Positions 49,718 through 52,326 of a stretch of DNA of 52,326 nucleotides are shown piece by piece. Origin of the DNA: a virus (taxonomy: Duplodnaviria > Caudoviricetes); the IMG/VR virus record IMGVR_UViG_3300023112_000019, positions 1 through 52,326 of that record. One strand, written 5' to 3'. Each line of letters begins with the position of its first letter. The stretch's first letter is position 1. The notes beneath the pieces are model-generated. The model was not told the DNA's origin. It ran no database searches and saw only the letters and a program-made list of their open reading frames with translations. The position numbers were made by a program, and so were the translations under genes.

Positions 49718-50002
49718 TCAATCTCCGAAACCTAATCCCCACGGATTTAAAAAGTCTGCGGCTGCACCAACTGTTGCGCCTGCTGCACCGATAGATCCGG
49801 CAGCTTGCCACTTATTCATGGCCGCACCTCTTCTCATTCCTCTGTCCAGAAGCTTTCCGTAGTCTGCTTTGTTTCTGACTCCGGCTAGTCCTCCAAATTG
49901 TTTCATTTGAGACTTAGCACCAGACATAAGTCCTTTCATTGGGGCACTGTTCCATCCTGCAGATAGTGTACTTTTGATTGTGTTAAATGCTTTGTTCATC
50001 AT
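49718..50002 (-). CDS. Gly/Ala/Met-rich small basic protein (94 aa)
   Basis: AGGAGG SD; N-terminus MNKAFNTIKSTL; hydrophobic C-terminus. Confidence 0.65.
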   Translation of the reverse strand: MMNKAFNTIKSTLSAGWNSAPMKGLMSGAKSQMKQFGGLAGVRNKADYGKLLDRGMRRGAAMNKWQAAGSIGAAGATVGAAADFLNPWGLGFGD

Positions 50003-50014
50003 ATCAATAACCTC

Positions 50015-50377
50015 CTAATAGAGCCCCCAAGTTGCTGTTGCTAATCCAGTACCACCTATTGTGGCCGCTGTAATACCAGCATCTCTCATCCCGTTTCTTT
50101 TCATAAATGTGTTATAAAAGTCCTCACTACCTTTGAGTCCAGCTTCTACTCCACCTTTAAGTCCGGTCTGAACTCCTCTCATTCCTGCTAGAGCTGAACC
50201 AGCTCCAAGTCTTTCTGCGGCAGTTCCTGCCCCCATCTTGTCAAAGAGTCCAAGCATAACATTAAGACCTTCTTGGCCTCCGGCTTTATATGCGCCTCTT
50301 CCCATGTCTACTCCCATGCCCATTGCTTTCATTCCATTTCCAAGCGTACTCTTGATAGCGTTAAATGCTTTGTTCAT
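50015..50377 (-). CDS. Gly/Ala/Met-rich small protein (120 aa)
   Basis: GGAGG SD; N-terminus MNKAFNAIKSTL; hydrophobic C-terminus. Confidence 0.65.
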   Translation of the reverse strand: MNKAFNAIKSTLGNGMKAMGMGVDMGRGAYKAGGQEGLNVMLGLFDKMGAGTAAERLGAGSALAGMRGVQTGLKGGVEAGLKGSEDFYNTFMKRNGMRDAGITAATIGGTGLATATWGLY

Positions 50378-51145
50378 CTAGTCCTCCGAGATATCTATAA
50401 CAGACATCTTATCTATTCTTGCTTTAAGATCTGCAGCAGCTGTACTTGGTGACACTCCGGTTCTTTCCTTCAATGCCGCCATCTGCTTATACTTCTCTTT
50501 CCGCGTTCCTACTAATGATTCTAACAGATTCCGCCTCCAACGCCAAGCACGCTCTATTTGATTGTATGCTGGGTGTTCTTGTAGCTGAACTATAGGCTCA
50601 TCATCACTGTTGAATCCTACAACGTTCTTTATAAATCCATCAGGATTTTCATCATCTGAGTTTCCTAACGTAATGAAAGCACGCATTTCCATAATGTGGG
50701 TCGCCGCTAGCATAGTCATAGTAGTTACCTCTGACATCAAGCCAGATGGAACTTCAAACTCATCTATATATCTTTTAGTGTATGTATCCATAAGCATTTC
50801 TTCCACGGGGCACGCTTTGCCGGTGGGAGCTTTACCAATCTTATGTAATGGACATTGTAATTTGAATGGGCACTTATCGCCGTAACAGTTAATAGGAATG
50901 CTGGATCTAAGGCCTGTACTAAGACGCCTCATGCCGTTTCTTAAGGAAACGAGCTCAGCCTCTGTTAACTCCAACCCTTCTGGAATATAGTTCTCTACAA
51001 CTGGTTCTAGGCCGCCTGAGTAGTACTTGTGTTCCACAAGTCCCTTGTAGTCTTGTACCATAGGTGCCAATTGATCTCTGATCTCTTGAATGTTCTCTTC
51101 AATAGATTCAACAGTCTTGTATTGGTCTTCTCTAATTTCTTGCAT
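50378..51145 (-). CDS. Putative terminase small subunit
   Basis: QEHPAYNQIERAWRWRRNLLESLVGTRKEK resembles the P27-family TerS C-terminal pattern; lies upstream of terL; four-Cys cluster. Confidence 0.55.
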   Translation of the reverse strand: MQEIREDQYKTVESIEENIQEIRDQLAPMVQDYKGLVEHKYYSGGLEPVVENYIPEGLELTEAELVSLRNGMRRLSTGLRSSIPINCYGDKCPFKLQCPLHKIGKAPTGKACPVEEMLMDTYTKRYIDEFEVPSGLMSEVTTMTMLAATHIMEMRAFITLGNSDDENPDGFIKNVVGFNSDDEPIVQLQEHPAYNQIERAWRWRRNLLESLVGTRKEKYKQMAALKERTGVSPSTAAADLKARIDKMSVIDISED

Positions 51146-51210
51146 TTATCTTCCCTTTTTCTGCCGAAATTTTTTGCGTGTTTTTTCAACGATTTAGACG
51201 CATCTTGTAA

Positions 51211-51552
51211 TTAAAGCCACTTAAGCGATAGTGGACCGCCTTGGCCTTTAGGTGCAGAACCTAAATCTCCGTGGATACGTTTTGCTACTTCATTCATTCT
51301 ATCTATGTGTTTTTCGGACATTCCTGCATTACGACCTTTACTAAAGATTCTATCCATCATTGCGCCTGCGGCGTCTGGTCTTGAGTGCATCATCTCTGCA
51401 GTCTTTCTTGCGAATGCTGATCCTTGTGCTGAATTGAATGGTGCTGTTCCCATTGTTCCCATTTTCTTTCCGTAAGGTGCTGATACCTTCATGAGAGATT
51501 CTATATGTCTTTGTATTCCATTAATCGCTTTGTTTGCATACATTAAGTTCAT
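51211..51552 (-). CDS. Met/Gly/Ala-rich basic small protein (113 aa)
   Basis: First gene of the leftward operon, downstream of a promoter. Confidence 0.6.
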   Translation of the reverse strand: MNLMYANKAINGIQRHIESLMKVSAPYGKKMGTMGTAPFNSAQGSAFARKTAEMMHSRPDAAGAMMDRIFSKGRNAGMSEKHIDRMNEVAKRIHGDLGSAPKGQGGPLSLKWL

Positions 51553-51589
51553 AAAGATCCCATAGAAAAGAAAAGGTTAGTAATGGCTA

Positions 51590-51618
51590 ATAGTAGCATA
51601 TCAGGTGGTTAGGGTCAA
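51590..51618 (-). promoter_or_regulatory. sigma70-type promoter TTGACC-N17-TACTAT with extended -10 TG
   Basis: Heads the whole leftward morphogenesis region. Confidence 0.65.
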
Positions 51619-52142
51619 TCACTTCCGGCCGAGGTCTCTTTTAGGTTGTTTTTATATAAAGGAAAAGAACTTGTAAGTTCTTCCTTAAGTCTTATTGGTC
51701 TATAGGTATATAAGGTAGTGGGTAATAGGGGGTAGGGATACCTGTATAGAAATAATAGGACGTTGGTTGTATGTGGGGAATCCCCACTTTTTACGGGGTA
51801 ACAAATACGAGGAACGGCTAACATGTTAGCAATTAGGTCCAATAATAGGCTTTAAATGTATATATGTTGGCAATTAGTATCTCCCGGCGCGATGCGCCTT
51901 ATAGGGGTGCTTTTAGTTAAAAAAAATATAGGGGAGCAAGGTAAATTAAACCTTATGAAAACAAATAGATATAGCAGGGCTTTTTCCTTATACGGGCGCA
52001 TTTCAGTATTAAAAATTTTAGAGAAAAAATAAAAAGAGCATTTCTCTAAAGAGCCCTTATAGGGACCAAAAATGTGTCTCACCTCTAGGACTCTGATTGA
52101 GTACTCTGGCATTCAGATGTACGCCATTCGAGGTACCGGGTA

Positions 52143-52162
52143 AATTGTCAATAATGACAATT
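52143..52162. promoter_or_regulatory. Operator-like inverted repeat AATTGTCA-N4-TGACAATT
   Basis: Perfect 8-bp arms about 40 bp upstream of the rightward ORF. Confidence 0.45.
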
Positions 52163-52199
52163 GATCCCTTTCCTATTCACTCTTGCCTAGGAGGCAATC

Positions 52200-52326
52200 A
52201 TGACTACACGTACACCCGTCACCATGCTCAATGGTGACACGCTTGAGCTTACGCTTACTCATGAGCATAACGTTGCTCATTACTCCTACTACTCAGCTGT
52301 CATTGATGGTGTTACACACTACTTCA
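52200..52326 (+). CDS. Divergent small hypothetical gene (partial): MTTRTPVTMLNGDTLELTLTHEHNVAHYSYYSAVIDGVTHYF...
   Basis: Perfect AGGAGG SD at 52189-52194; open to the window edge. Confidence 0.7.
   Translation, partial: MTTRTPVTMLNGDTLELTLTHEHNVAHYSYYSAVIDGVTHYF

Noticed and set aside
51007-51189. 60-aa minus-strand ORF MKKHAKNF...
   Set aside because: Mostly overlaps the TerS candidate out of frame, with a TTG start and no clear SD.
1241-51214. Many short plus-strand ORFs in the supplied track
   Set aside because: They are antisense shadows of long, tightly coupled minus-strand genes, with no recognisable motifs.
51615-52112. Two minus-strand ORFs (75 and 86 aa) in the right-hand gap
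   Set aside because: Atypical composition, no convincing SD, and overlap with the promoter and palindromes; more likely non-coding.
51560-52190. tRNA or other known ncRNA
   Set aside because: No cloverleaf or T-loop GTTC-A-A-TC pattern recognised by eye; a tRNAscan/Infernal run would be needed to exclude it fully.
1-52326. Stop-codon reassignment, as in some large phages
   Set aside because: Genes are intact under code 11 and end naturally in TAA, TAG and TGA.

Overview
This window is the morphogenesis region of a large contractile-tailed (myovirus-type) dsDNA phage. It uses the standard genetic code and is encoded almost entirely on the minus strand. In transcription order (right to left) it holds: a palindrome-rich non-coding region at a strand switch; a putative small terminase; a cluster of small Gly/Ala/Met-rich proteins with two HNH genes; the large terminase; four unknown genes; a portal-MuF fusion; protease/scaffold; head decoration protein; major capsid protein; a ~13 kb fibre/accessory cassette; neck genes; sheath; tail tube plus two tube paralogues; two chaperones; two giant genes at the tape-measure locus; and a baseplate hub gene that runs off the left edge. 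The most notable signal is at the tape-measure locus. The 1413-aa protein carries both halves of a two-barrel RNA polymerase active site in one chain (R-x-P, DFDKD, a Lys pair), making it a candidate virion-delivered RNAP. The 1836-aa protein upstream carries an apparently intact thermonuclease domain bracketed by a 33-aa direct repeat, suggestive of a cargo cassette. The structural genes are preceded by sigma70-type promoters. All assignments come from motif recognition by eye and gene order; no searches were run.
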